A stretch of 64,000 nucleotides of DNA from Cytophagaceae bacterium. GTDB taxonomy: Bacteria > Bacteroidota > Bacteroidia > Cytophagales > Spirosomataceae. Position numbers and translations under genes: made by a program. Of the stretch, positions 1-9,489 are shown in pieces. A model generated the notes under the pieces. It had not been told where the DNA came from. It worked only from the letters and a program-made list of their open reading frames with translations, and did not search any database. Location: contig CANFVE010000001.1 in the NCBI GenBank assembly GCA_947450365.1, positions 26,538 to 90,537 of the forward strand, written 5' to 3'. Numbering within the stretch: the first letter of the stretch is position 1; every line of letters starts with the position of its first letter.

Positions 1-397
1 TATGTCCACCATGGCCTCTCATTATGACATCGGTCGTTTTGGCGCAGAGCGTTTGAGTTTCTCGGCGCGTCAAGCGGATGTGTTAATGGTCATGGGAACG
101 ATTGCCAAAAAAATGGCTCCTGTCGTGAAGCAAGTGTATTTACAAATGGCGGAACCGCGTTGGGTGTTGTCTGTAGGTGCATGTGCATGTTCGGGAGGTA
201 TTTTTGATACCTATTCGGTGTTGCAGGGCATTGATCGGATTATTCCGGTGGATGTATATGTGCCGGGTTGTCCGCCACGTCCAGAGCAGATTTTGGATGG
301 TTTTATGCAGATTCAGGAATTGGCGAAGAACGAATCGACGCGTCGTCGGAATACGCCTGAATACAAAGCCTTATTGGCTTCTTATGGCATTGAATAA
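1..397 (+). CDS. nuoB: NADH-quinone oxidoreductase subunit B (5'-truncated by window edge)
   Basis: [23 protein letters not shown] and [12 protein letters not shown] motifs; first gene of nuo cluster. Confidence 0.96.
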   Translation, partial: MSTMASHYDIGRFGAERLSFSARQADVLMVMGTIAKKMAPVVKQVYLQMAEPRWVLSVGACACSGGIFDTYSVLQGIDRIIPVDVYVPGCPPRPEQILDGFMQIQELAKNESTRRRNTPEYKALLASYGIE

Positions 398-405
398 GTG
401 ATAAT

Positions 406-906
406 ATGGAAAATCAACAGATTATAGATGCGCTTCAAAAGCAATTTGGCGAAGAGGCAATTTACGGTATCGGGGAATCTCATGGCATTTTGCAGGTGAC
501 GACTTCGGTGGATAACATCGTTCCGATGCTCCATTTTTTATATGCAGATCCGGTGCTAAAATTTCAATTTTTAACGGATTTGGCGGGGATTCATTTCCCG
601 GATGCGGTGGGCCAAGAATTGGGCGTGATTTATCATGTGCATAGTTTGGAAAATAATGTGCGTTTGTGGATTAAGGCCTATGCGCCGATCGACCGGCCGA
701 ATTTCCCAACCATCACCGGTTTGTATGCGGCGGCCAATTGGATGGAGCGGGAGGCTTTTGATTTTTACGGCATTATTTTCGAGGGTCACCCGAATTTGAC
801 CCGTATTTTGAATGTAGATGACATGGATTATCATCCGATGCGGAAGGAATATCCGTTGGAAGATGCGACGCGTCACGATAAAATTGATGAATTATTTGGC
901 CGATAA
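406..906 (+). CDS. nuoC: NADH-quinone oxidoreductase subunit C
   Basis: ANWMEREAFDFYGI.FEGHP.L.RIL motif, HPMRKEYPL; synteny. Confidence 0.96.
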   Translation: MENQQIIDALQKQFGEEAIYGIGESHGILQVTTSVDNIVPMLHFLYADPVLKFQFLTDLAGIHFPDAVGQELGVIYHVHSLENNVRLWIKAYAPIDRPNFPTITGLYAAANWMEREAFDFYGIIFEGHPNLTRILNVDDMDYHPMRKEYPLEDATRHDKIDELFGR

Positions 907-926
907 ACGCCTAAAAATAAGATGTT

Positions 927-2162
927 ATGTCTGAAATAGCCTTAGTAAATAACCCAAATGTCGGATTAGATAAAACACAAAAAGGGGGACCTTATGTGAA
1001 TGATTTGTCGACCTTAAATTTGGGACCTACGCATCCGGCGACGCATGGTATTTTCCAAAATATCCTAACGATGGATGGGGAAACGATTGTGGATGCGGAA
1101 CAAACGGTGGGATATATCCACCGGGCCTTTGAAAAAATCGCGGAACGTCGTCCATTTTATCAAATTACAACCTTGACGGATCGGATGAATTATTGTTCAT
1201 CGCCGATTAACAACATGGGCTGGCACATGACCGTCGAGAAGTTATTGGGCATCGAAGTGCCGAAGCGTGCGCAATACATGCGGGTGATTATGATGGAGTT
1301 GGCGCGGTTGGCAGATCACATTGTATGTAACTCGATTTTGGCGGTGGACACGGGAGCTTTGACAGGATTTTTGTATGTATATCAGTGGCGTGAGCATATT
1401 TATGAGATTTATGAGGAGATGTGTGGGGCGCGGTTGACGACAAATATGGGTCGTTTTGGAGGGATGGAAAGGGATTTCTCGAAGGTGGCGATTGAAAAAA
1501 TCAAGGTATTGTTGGAAGGATTACCTAAGGGCTTAAAAGAGTTCGAAGGCATGGTCATGCGGAATCGTATTTTCATGGATCGTACGCAAAATGTAGGTGC
1601 TATTTCGGCTGAGCGCGCGTTAAATTATGGCTTTACGGGTCCGAATTTACGGGCTGCGGGGGTGGACTATGATGTACGTTCGTTGAATCCGTATTCGTCC
1701 TATGAGGATTTTGAATTTGATGTGCCGGTGGGAACGAAGGGAGATACCTATGATCGTTTTTTAGTGCGTGAGGAGGAGATGTGGCAGAGTTTGCGGATTA
1801 TTCAGCAGGCCTTGGATAATTTGCCGGAGGGCCCATATCATGCGGATGCGCCGCATTACTATTTGCCGAAGAAGCAGGATGTGTATCACAATATGGAGGC
1901 TTTGATTTACCATTTCAAGATTGTGATGGGCGAAATCGATGCGCCGGTGGGTGAGGTGTATCATTCGGTGGAGGGTGGCAATGGTGAGTTAGGATTTTAT
2001 TTGGTTTCGGATGGAGGGCGGACGCCGTATCGCTTGAAGTTCCGTAGACCAGGTTATATTTATTACCAAGCATTCCCGGAGATGATTAAGGGATCTTCGT
2101 TGTCGGATGCGATTGTGACGATGTCGTCGATGAATGTTATTGCTGGAGAGTTAGATACCTAA
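927..2162 (+). CDS. nuoD: NADH-quinone oxidoreductase subunit D
   Basis: [22 protein letters not shown]-terminal IAGELD. Confidence 0.97.
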   Translation: MSEIALVNNPNVGLDKTQKGGPYVNDLSTLNLGPTHPATHGIFQNILTMDGETIVDAEQTVGYIHRAFEKIAERRPFYQITTLTDRMNYCSSPINNMGWHMTVEKLLGIEVPKRAQYMRVIMMELARLADHIVCNSILAVDTGALTGFLYVYQWREHIYEIYEEMCGARLTTNMGRFGGMERDFSKVAIEKIKVLLEGLPKGLKEFEGMVMRNRIFMDRTQNVGAISAERALNYGFTGPNLRAAGVDYDVRSLNPYSSYEDFEFDVPVGTKGDTYDRFLVREEEMWQSLRIIQQALDNLPEGPYHADAPHYYLPKKQDVYHNMEALIYHFKIVMGEIDAPVGEVYHSVEGGNGELGFYLVSDGGRTPYRLKFRRPGYIYYQAFPEMIKGSSLSDAIVTMSSMNVIAGELDT

Positions 2163-2165
2163 TAC

Positions 2166-2660
2166 ATGGAAGGAAAGAATCAAATCGTATTTCCGGCTGA
2201 GACGCTGGAATTAGTGGCTAAAATCATTAAACGCTATCCGGAGGGAAAGCAAAAATCGGCTTTATTACCGATTTTACATTTGGCTCAGGCGCAGTGGAGC
2301 TGGTGCAGTCCAGAGGTGATGGATTATGTGGCTTCTTTGCTACATATCAGTTCGGTGGAGGTATATGAGGTGGCTTCGTTTTATACGATGTTCCATTTGG
2401 AACCGGTGGGAGAACATGTGATTGAGTATTGTCGGACGGGTCCTTGTTGTTTAATGGGGGGAGTGGAAGTATATGATCATTTAAAACAACGCTTGGGAAT
2501 TGAGACCGGAGAAACCACGAAAGATGGAAAGTTTACGATCAAAGAGGTGGAGTGTTTAGCGGCCTGTGGTTGGGGACCTGTGTTTCAAATCCGGGAGAAG
2601 TATTATATGCAATTGTCGAAGGAGAAGGTGGATGAAATCATTGATGAATTAAGTAAATAA
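2166..2660 (+). CDS. nuoE: NADH-quinone oxidoreductase subunit E
   Basis: SALLPILH, EVASFYTMF, 2Fe-2S ligands CRTGPC and ECLAACGWGP. Confidence 0.96.
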   Translation: MEGKNQIVFPAETLELVAKIIKRYPEGKQKSALLPILHLAQAQWSWCSPEVMDYVASLLHISSVEVYEVASFYTMFHLEPVGEHVIEYCRTGPCCLMGGVEVYDHLKQRLGIETGETTKDGKFTIKEVECLAACGWGPVFQIREKYYMQLSKEKVDEIIDELSK

Positions 2661-2667
2661 GGCTGGG

Positions 2668-4008
2668 ATGAAGATATTAACCGAACATATAGACGTACCT
2701 CAAATTGAAACCCTAGCGGTTTACAAAAAGAATGGAGGTTACAAGGCGGTCGAGAAAGCCTTGAAAAAAATGACGCCGGATGAAGTGACGGAGGAAGTTA
2801 AAAAGTCAGGCTTACGAGGTCGTGGGGGTGCAGGTTTTCCTGTGGGGATGAAATGGTCCTTTTTGGCGAAGCCGGAAGGAGTGCCTCGTTATTTGGTATG
2901 TAATGCGGATGAATCGGAACCGGGTACCTTTAAGGATCATTATTTGATGTGGAAATCACCTCATACCTTGATTGAAGGGATGATTGTGTCGAGTTATGCC
3001 TTAGGGGCGAACACTTCGTATATCTATGTGCGTGGGGAGTTGATGTATGTGATTAATATATTGGAAAAGGCGATTCAAGAGGCCTATGACCAAGGATTAT
3101 TAGGTAAAAATATTTTAGGATCTGGATATGATTTGGATCTATTTGTCCAACCGGGTGGTGGTGCGTATATCTGTGGGGAGGAAACGGCTTTGTTGGAATC
3201 TTTAGAAGGTAAACGAGGTAACCCACGGAATAAACCTCCCTTTCCTGCGGTGAAGGGGGTTTGGCAATGTCCTACGGTGGTGAATAATGTGGAATCCATC
3301 GCGGCAACGTCTTGGATTGTGAACAACGGAGGGGATGCCTATGCGGCGATTGGCGTAGGAAGAAGTACGGGAACAAAATTAATTTCTGCCTCAGGACACA
3401 TTAAAAAACCGGGTGTTTATGAGATTCCATTGGGAATTACTGTGGAGGAATTTATTTATTCGGATGAGTGGTGTGGAGGAATTCGGGATGGACATAAACT
3501 GAAAGCTGTGGTGGCTGGAGGAAGTTCGGTGCCTATTTTACCGGCGGAAATGATTTTAACTACGGCAACGGGCGAGAAGCGTTTGATGACCTATGAGTCT
3601 TTATCTGATGGTGGATTTGCCACAGGAACGATGTTAGGTTCGGGTGGATTTATTGTGATGGATGAGACGACGTGTATTGTTCATAATACCTTGACTTTTG
3701 CGCGTTTTTATCACCATGAGTCTTGTGGCCAGTGTTCGCCTTGTCGTGAAGGAACGGGTTGGATGGACAAAGTCATTCACCGGATTGAGCATGGAAAGGG
3801 GCGTAAGGAAGATATAGATTTATTGGTGGATGTAGCGAAGAAAATAGAGGGGAATACAATTTGTCCCTTGGGTGATGCGGCGGCGTGGCCGGTGGCAGCG
3901 GCGATTCGTCATTTTAGAGATGAGTTTGAGTGGCATATTGAACATCCGGAATTAGCGACGAAGGAAGGCGCGGTATTTATGCGTCCAGGCGCTAGTTGGG
4001 CTCAATAA
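2668..4008 (+). CDS. nuoF: NADH-quinone oxidoreductase subunit F
   Basis: SGLRGRGGAGFP, NADESEPGT, GAYICGEET, ESCGQCSPCREG. Confidence 0.97.
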   Translation: MKILTEHIDVPQIETLAVYKKNGGYKAVEKALKKMTPDEVTEEVKKSGLRGRGGAGFPVGMKWSFLAKPEGVPRYLVCNADESEPGTFKDHYLMWKSPHTLIEGMIVSSYALGANTSYIYVRGELMYVINILEKAIQEAYDQGLLGKNILGSGYDLDLFVQPGGGAYICGEETALLESLEGKRGNPRNKPPFPAVKGVWQCPTVVNNVESIAATSWIVNNGGDAYAAIGVGRSTGTKLISASGHIKKPGVYEIPLGITVEEFIYSDEWCGGIRDGHKLKAVVAGGSSVPILPAEMILTTATGEKRLMTYESLSDGGFATGTMLGSGGFIVMDETTCIVHNTLTFARFYHHESCGQCSPCREGTGWMDKVIHRIEHGKGRKEDIDLLVDVAKKIEGNTICPLGDAAAWPVAAAIRHFRDEFEWHIEHPELATKEGAVFMRPGASWAQ

Positions 4009-4016
4009 GAAAAAAG

Positions 4017-5168
4017 ATGGCAGCCAAAATTCTGTTTGTCGGGCATGATGCCAATCGCGCGGGGGCACAGTTGGTGCTCTTGCATTGGTTGAAAGCGGAG
4101 GCGGCGCAGGGTAGAAAGGCGTATTTGTTGCTCGAAAAGGGAGGGGAATTGGTTAGCCAATATGAGCGTTATGCGCGGGTATGGGTGTGGCGGAAGGGGC
4201 CGGGCAATATGGAGAAGATTTATAAAAAAATACCTTTCCTCAAACGTGAGGAAAGGATCGACCGGGAACCTAATCGACCTGAAATAGCGGATATGTTGCG
4301 TGATTTCAGAGGTGAAAAGTTCAATCTGATTTTGGGAAATACGGTGGCTTCGTTGGCTTTATTGCAAGAATTGCAAGGATTGCGGGTGCCATTTGGGACC
4401 TATGTTCATGAATTGAGTTTTTCGTTGTCGATGTATGCATCCGAAAAAGACATGAGCTTTTTAGCCACAAAGGTTTCCAAGGTTTTTGGGGTATCCGCCC
4501 AGGTGAATCGTTTATTGGCTGATAAATTCCAAGTGCCTTCGGATCGCTTGTTTTTATTGCCTCCGATTGCGGAATTGGTTAAGTCGAAGGGGACGAAATC
4601 AGGTTTGGTCAAGGAACAATTGGGAATTCCCGCGGAGGCAAAGGTGGTGTTAGGCTGTGGCATGGCGGAATGGCGAAAGGGAACGGATATTTTTGTTCGG
4701 GTGGCGAGGCAGGTTATCCGACAAATGCCAGACGTACATTTTGTCTGGTTGGGTGTCGGTGACAATGTATTTTCAGCTGAATTGCAGGCAGAAAAAGAGG
4801 GTTGGGACGAATGTGGACGTTTGCATTTGGTACCGAATAAAATGGATTCAAAACCTTATTTTGAGGCAATGGATGTCTTTTTCTTGTCATCCAGAGAGGA
4901 TCCTTTTCCGCTCGTGATGTTAGAGGCGGCTTTTCAAGGAAAGCCGATTGTGGGTTTTAAAGGAAGCGGTGGCGTAAATGATTTTTTGAAGGAATTGCCC
5001 GACTTACTCGTGGGCTATTTAGAAGAGGATGAGGCGAAGGAATGTTTGATGAATTGGTTAAAAAAAGACGCTGAAGTCTTAGGGGCTTTGGCAGAAAAAT
5101 TAAAAAATAGTGCCATGAATTATTCGACTGAGCGTTTTGTAGCGCGATGGAACGAAATGGACATATAA
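4017..5168 (+). CDS. GT-B fold glycosyltransferase (GT4-like) inside the nuo operon
   Basis: ILFVGHDANRAGAQL N-terminus; KGTDIF and DVFFLSSREDPFPLVMLEAA (E-x7-E); start placed at ATG 4017 after the nuoF stop. Confidence 0.88.
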   Translation: MAAKILFVGHDANRAGAQLVLLHWLKAEAAQGRKAYLLLEKGGELVSQYERYARVWVWRKGPGNMEKIYKKIPFLKREERIDREPNRPEIADMLRDFRGEKFNLILGNTVASLALLQELQGLRVPFGTYVHELSFSLSMYASEKDMSFLATKVSKVFGVSAQVNRLLADKFQVPSDRLFLLPPIAELVKSKGTKSGLVKEQLGIPAEAKVVLGCGMAEWRKGTDIFVRVARQVIRQMPDVHFVWLGVGDNVFSAELQAEKEGWDECGRLHLVPNKMDSKPYFEAMDVFFLSSREDPFPLVMLEAAFQGKPIVGFKGSGGVNDFLKELPDLLVGYLEEDEAKECLMNWLKKDAEVLGALAEKLKNSAMNYSTERFVARWNEMDI

Positions 5169-5179
5169 ATGTTTGAGAC

Positions 5180-6205
5180 ATGAAAGTAACGATTGACAAC
5201 ATTACGTTAGAGGTTGAACCAGGCACCACGATTATGCAAGCTGCACGTCAAATCGGTCCGGAAATTGCTCCGCCAGCGATGTGTTATTATGAGCCTTTGA
5301 AGGGTTCTGGGGGTAAATGTCGGGCCTGTTTGGTGAAAGTGACCCAGGGTTCGGAGAAAGATCCTCGGCCAATGCCTAAATTGGTTCCGGCCTGTATCAC
5401 AGCGGTTCAAGATGGCATGGTGGTCGAAAACACGGTGAATGAATCTGTGTTGGAAACGAGGAAGGGAATTGTTGAGTTTTTGTTATTAAATCATCCTTTG
5501 GATTGTCCTGTCTGCGACCAAGCGGGCGAATGTCATTTGCAGGATTTTTCATTTGAGCATGGGGTTTCCACGACTCGTACGGCGGAGGAGCGAAATACGT
5601 TTGAGCCGACGGATTTGGGACCAAACATCCAATTGAACATGAATCGCTGTGTGTTATGTTACCGTTGTGTATATACGGCGGATCAAATCACCGACGGTCG
5701 CGTGCATGGCGTGATGTATCGCGGGGATCATGCGGAAATTAGCACCTACATTGAAAAGGCAATTGACAATGATTTTTCAGGAAACGTGATTGATGTATGT
5801 CCGGTGGGCGCATTGACAGACAAGACCTATCGATTCAAAAGCCGTGTATGGTTTTCGAAGCCGGTGGAGGCACATTGTTCCTGTGAGAAATGTTCCGGAA
5901 ATGTGACCTTATGGTACAAAGGGGATGAGGTGATTCGGGTAACGGGTCGTAAAAATGAGTGGGGAGAGGTGATGGAATTTATTTGCAACACTTGTCGGTT
6001 TGATCGCAAGAAAACCTCGGATTGGGTGATTGAGGGACCTACCCAAGTAGCCCGTCATTCTGTGATTTCAGCGAATAAATATGGGGCTAATTTGATTAAG
6101 CCGGCATTCCCGATTGCACAGGCGGCCCGGGATTATAAGTTGATCGATGACGATCGTGACCGTAGTTTTTTACATGAACCTGCGAAAATAGAAGCTAAAA
6201 AATAA
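5180..6205 (+). CDS. nuoG: NADH-quinone oxidoreductase subunit G (short form, Fe-S domains only)
   Basis: CRACLV, LLNHPLDCPVCDQAGEC, RCVLCYRC, DVCPVGALT. Confidence 0.93.
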   Translation: MKVTIDNITLEVEPGTTIMQAARQIGPEIAPPAMCYYEPLKGSGGKCRACLVKVTQGSEKDPRPMPKLVPACITAVQDGMVVENTVNESVLETRKGIVEFLLLNHPLDCPVCDQAGECHLQDFSFEHGVSTTRTAEERNTFEPTDLGPNIQLNMNRCVLCYRCVYTADQITDGRVHGVMYRGDHAEISTYIEKAIDNDFSGNVIDVCPVGALTDKTYRFKSRVWFSKPVEAHCSCEKCSGNVTLWYKGDEVIRVTGRKNEWGEVMEFICNTCRFDRKKTSDWVIEGPTQVARHSVISANKYGANLIKPAFPIAQAARDYKLIDDDRDRSFLHEPAKIEAKK

Positions 6206-6206
6206 G

Positions 6207-7331
6207 ATGAATTTACTAACAGACATATTTCTTGCCAAAGCCGCCTTTATTGGTGTCGTTTTTGCAATTACCTTGGGGATTGCGGCGTATTCCACCTATT
6301 TCGAGCGGAAGATTGCGGCCTTCATGCAGGATCGGATTGGTCCGGATCGCGCGGGTCCTTTTGGGATTTTACAGCCATTGGCTGATGCGGTTAAAATGTT
6401 CATGAAGGAGGATTTTATTCCCGCGAATTCGAATAAGTGGTTGTTCATTGCGGGGCCTTGTTTGTCTATGTTGACGGCCTTGATGACTTCAGCCGTGGTG
6501 CCCTTTGGCGACACGGTGACAGTGGGCGGTGTGACATTTGATTTGCAGGGCATTGATGTGAATATTGGTATTTTGTGGGTGTTTGGGATTGTTTCGTTGG
6601 GCGTTTATGGGATTTTGATTGGGGGTTGGGCATCGAACAATAAGTATTCCTTGTTAGGTGCGATTCGTGCCGCTTCACAAAATATTTCCTATGAATTAGC
6701 CATGGGTTTAGCGATTATCGCGATTCTCTTGTTTACGGGAAGTTTATCGACTAAGGCGATTGTGGAAGGTCAGCAAAATGGGCATTGGAATATTTTTTAC
6801 CAACCGCTCGGCTTTTTAATCTTCATCATTTGTGCTTTTGCCGAATGTAATCGGACGCCATTTGATTTACCCGAATGTGAGACGGAATTGATTGGAGGGT
6901 ATCACACGGAGTATTCGTCGATGAAATTAGGTTTCTATTTATTCGCGGAATACATCAATATGTTTATTTCCGGTGCAGTGATGGCAACATTGTATTTTGG
7001 AGGCTATGATTATCCGGGTGTGGATTTTGTGACGGCGCAATTTGGTAGCACAGTGGCAGGTTTTGTGGGGATGGGAGCTTTGATTGGGAAGGCCTTGATT
7101 TTCGTGTTTATATTCATGTGGGTTCGTTGGACATTGCCACGTTTCCGCTATGACCAATTGATGGGCTTAGGCTGGTCAGGTTTGATTCCTTTGTCGATGT
7201 ACAATGTGGTAGTGACGGCTTTTGGAATATTAATCGGAAAGCCATTTACAGTCGGAATTGCTGGTTTTGCCTTGTTGTTAGTAGGCTTGGTGGTGTATGA
7301 TCAATTATTTGTTAAGAAAAAAATAGCGTAA
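6207..7331 (+). CDS. nuoH: NADH-quinone oxidoreductase subunit H
   Basis: ERKIAAFMQDRIGPDRAGPFG, NRTPFDLPECETELIGGYHTEYS, PRFRYDQLM. Confidence 0.97.
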   Translation: MNLLTDIFLAKAAFIGVVFAITLGIAAYSTYFERKIAAFMQDRIGPDRAGPFGILQPLADAVKMFMKEDFIPANSNKWLFIAGPCLSMLTALMTSAVVPFGDTVTVGGVTFDLQGIDVNIGILWVFGIVSLGVYGILIGGWASNNKYSLLGAIRAASQNISYELAMGLAIIAILLFTGSLSTKAIVEGQQNGHWNIFYQPLGFLIFIICAFAECNRTPFDLPECETELIGGYHTEYSSMKLGFYLFAEYINMFISGAVMATLYFGGYDYPGVDFVTAQFGSTVAGFVGMGALIGKALIFVFIFMWVRWTLPRFRYDQLMGLGWSGLIPLSMYNVVVTAFGILIGKPFTVGIAGFALLLVGLVVYDQLFVKKKIA

Positions 7332-7335
7332 GAAT

Positions 7336-7854
7336 ATGCAATTAAGTAATCGAAAAAAGGTAATGGAACAGGGTGAAATGACCCTGGTGGAGCGTATGTA
7401 CCTTCCGGCGATTGTCGGCGGCATGGCGACGACCTTAAAGCACTTTTTCTCCAAACCGGTCACGATTCGGTATCCGGAGCAGCAGCGGTATTTAGGCCCT
7501 ATTTTTCGGGGACATCATATTTTGAAGAAAGATTCGGAGGGAGCGGAGCGCTGTACGGCCTGTGGTTTATGTGCGGTGGCTTGTCCAGCCGAAGCTATTT
7601 CGATGGTGGCCGAGGAGCGGAAACCGGGTGAGGAAAAATTATACCGGGAAGAGAAATATGCCAAAGTATATGAGATCAATATGCTTCGTTGCATTTTCTG
7701 TGGATTGTGTGAAGAGGCTTGTCCGAAAGAGGCGATTTTCTTGCGTCATGATCAAATGGTTCCTGTATTTAGTAGTCGGGACGAAGTGATTTACGGGAAA
7801 GATAAATTAGTAGAACAAATGGACCAACGCTATTTGCGGGATGGTTGGAAATAA
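7336..7854 (+). CDS. nuoI: NADH-quinone oxidoreductase subunit I
   Basis: two CxxCxxCxxxCP ferredoxin motifs. Confidence 0.96.
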   Translation: MQLSNRKKVMEQGEMTLVERMYLPAIVGGMATTLKHFFSKPVTIRYPEQQRYLGPIFRGHHILKKDSEGAERCTACGLCAVACPAEAISMVAEERKPGEEKLYREEKYAKVYEINMLRCIFCGLCEEACPKEAIFLRHDQMVPVFSSRDEVIYGKDKLVEQMDQRYLRDGWK

Positions 7855-7862
7855 TTAGATAT

Positions 7863-8378
7863 ATGGAAATTTCGTCAATTTGGTATTTTCTTTCTGGATT
7901 AACCTTGCTGAGCGCTCTCATGGTCGTTTTCGCTCGTAATCCGATTCACAGCGTTTTGTATTTAGTCTTTACGTTTTTTTGCATTTCAGGCCATTATGTG
8001 CTTTTGAACGCACAGTTTTTGATGGCGGTGAACATCATCGTATATGCCGGCGCGATTATGGTCTTGTTTTTATTTGTGATTATGATGTTGGATTTAAAGC
8101 GGAACCAACCAGAATCTAAGAGCTCCTTGACCAAATTAGCCGGTTCAGTAGTCGCTGGATCTTTATTGGTTATCATCATCGCCCTGGTGCGTCAAAACAA
8201 TTTACCAGCACCTAGCGAAGGAACTTTTGTGGCGAAAACAGGAATGGTCGAGAATTTAGGTCAATTGTTATACACGGAGTATTTATTACCATTTGAATTA
8301 ATCTCCATCTTATTTTTCGTAGCGATGGTAGGTGCCGTGATGTTAGGAAAGCGCGAAGCGGGGGAACGGAATTTTTAA
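7863..8378 (+). CDS. nuoJ: NADH-quinone oxidoreductase subunit J
   Basis: NPIHSVLYL, IIVYAGAIMVLFLFVIMML, PFELISILF. Confidence 0.95.
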   Translation: MEISSIWYFLSGLTLLSALMVVFARNPIHSVLYLVFTFFCISGHYVLLNAQFLMAVNIIVYAGAIMVLFLFVIMMLDLKRNQPESKSSLTKLAGSVVAGSLLVIIIALVRQNNLPAPSEGTFVAKTGMVENLGQLLYTEYLLPFELISILFFVAMVGAVMLGKREAGERNF

Positions 8379-8399
8379 GCTTTTAACACGGTAAAATAG

Positions 8400-8429
8400 A
8401 AAAGGGATTCTGGTGACAGAATCCCTTTT
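8400..8429. terminator. Bidirectional rho-independent terminator after nuoJ
   Basis: perfect 13-bp stem AAAAGGGATTCTG-gtga-CAGAATCCCTTTT with T/A tracts on both sides, between convergent genes. Confidence 0.88.
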
Positions 8430-8515
8430 TGTTTTCGACTAGATCAATATAGTTCTCAATTCCTAGATGAACTCATTTTTTGAATTAATTGAATTGGTAG
8501 CGGATTTAATTCGTT

Positions 8516-9262
8516 TTATTTTTTCATAGTTTTTGACTTAAAGGCTTTATCGAAAAGGCCAAATTTCATACCTACTTGGCCAGAAAAACCTTTCATGTCG
8601 CTCGTGCTATTTTCGCCAAATGCGGCGCGGTAATTAACGCCTGCAAACAATTTGCCATATTTAAATACATTTAGTTCTAGGTTAACTCCCGGTTGAATTC
8701 CAAATGAACGTGGTCCATTAAATCCGCCAAAAAAATCGTCGTGGTCGTGATCTATCCGGCCGCCTGTTCCACCCGGTTGAGGGCCGTAAGGTAAGGCATT
8801 GGGATTAGCTGTATCCATGATGTACATCATGTCTTGATTTTGTTGGCGAATTGTCCCGATCATCAAAGGGAAACTCACATGAAATAAGGAATTTGCTTTG
8901 GGCGTATATTCCAGCGTCAGGCCGGAGAAACTTTGACGAGCTGCGGGAACGGTATTAATGTTTGGGTCTTCTCGACTCGGCATATTTCCTAAAAAACCTG
9001 CCCCGATGGCCCATTTATTATTCACATGAAAAGCGAAATTCATGCCGGATTGTGTACCTATTTGACCAAACTGAATCAAAGGACTGGCTGTAATTCCCCA
9101 AGATTTTAAACCATTCCCCTTTTTATTGCTGAATAATGTTTTGAGTTGAGTGGAGGAATCAGGTGTGGTTAATTTGGCAGTTTCTTGTGCATGTGTTGCG
9201 AAAACGACAAAGCAGAGGCATAAAATAGTAAGTAGGCGGATTGAATAAAGGGTATAGCGCAT
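8516..9262 (-). CDS. Putative outer-membrane beta-barrel protein
   Basis: signal peptide ending ATHA-Q, amphipathic beta strands, C-terminal GMKFGLF; contains DHDHDD motif. Confidence 0.6.
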   Translation of the reverse strand: MRYTLYSIRLLTILCLCFVVFATHAQETAKLTTPDSSTQLKTLFSNKKGNGLKSWGITASPLIQFGQIGTQSGMNFAFHVNNKWAIGAGFLGNMPSREDPNINTVPAARQSFSGLTLEYTPKANSLFHVSFPLMIGTIRQQNQDMMYIMDTANPNALPYGPQPGGTGGRIDHDHDDFFGGFNGPRSFGIQPGVNLELNVFKYGKLFAGVNYRAAFGENSTSDMKGFSGQVGMKFGLFDKAFKSKTMKK

Positions 9263-9323
9263 GTTGATAGGATTTAATTAGGTCCGAAATCTACAAAAAC
9301 TTTTTCTACAATGCCCTTCTTTT

Positions 9324-9416
9324 CGATGCTTTGTGGGGCGAAGAGGATGAATTCCCTGATTGTGCAGATGATAGCTTTTGTGAGCTTGGATGTCACTTTT
9401 GTTACGTTAGTCGATG
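9324..9416. promoter_or_regulatory. Phased GATG direct repeats, candidate LytTR-type operator
   Basis: GATG at 9324, 9345, 9367, 9389 (spacing 21/22/22) and 9413, in the divergent intergenic region next to a LytTR regulator. Confidence 0.4.
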
Positions 9417-9463
9417 GAATGCACTAATTTGTAGTTTGTGTTTTCAAAATGGTAGCTTATCCC

Positions 9464-9471
9464 TAGTTTTG
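9464..9471 (+). promoter_or_regulatory. Bacteroidota sigma-A -7 element (TAGTTTTG)
   Basis: matches TAnnTTTG 18 nt upstream of the kinase ATG. Confidence 0.45.
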
Positions 9472-9489
9472 TGGACAATAAATTGACCT

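Noticed and set aside
5180-6205. NuoG lacking the large C-terminal molybdopterin-like domain, considered as a possible pseudogene
   Set aside because: Ends cleanly one base before nuoH with all Fe-S motifs intact; short NuoG forms are normal in Bacteroidota.
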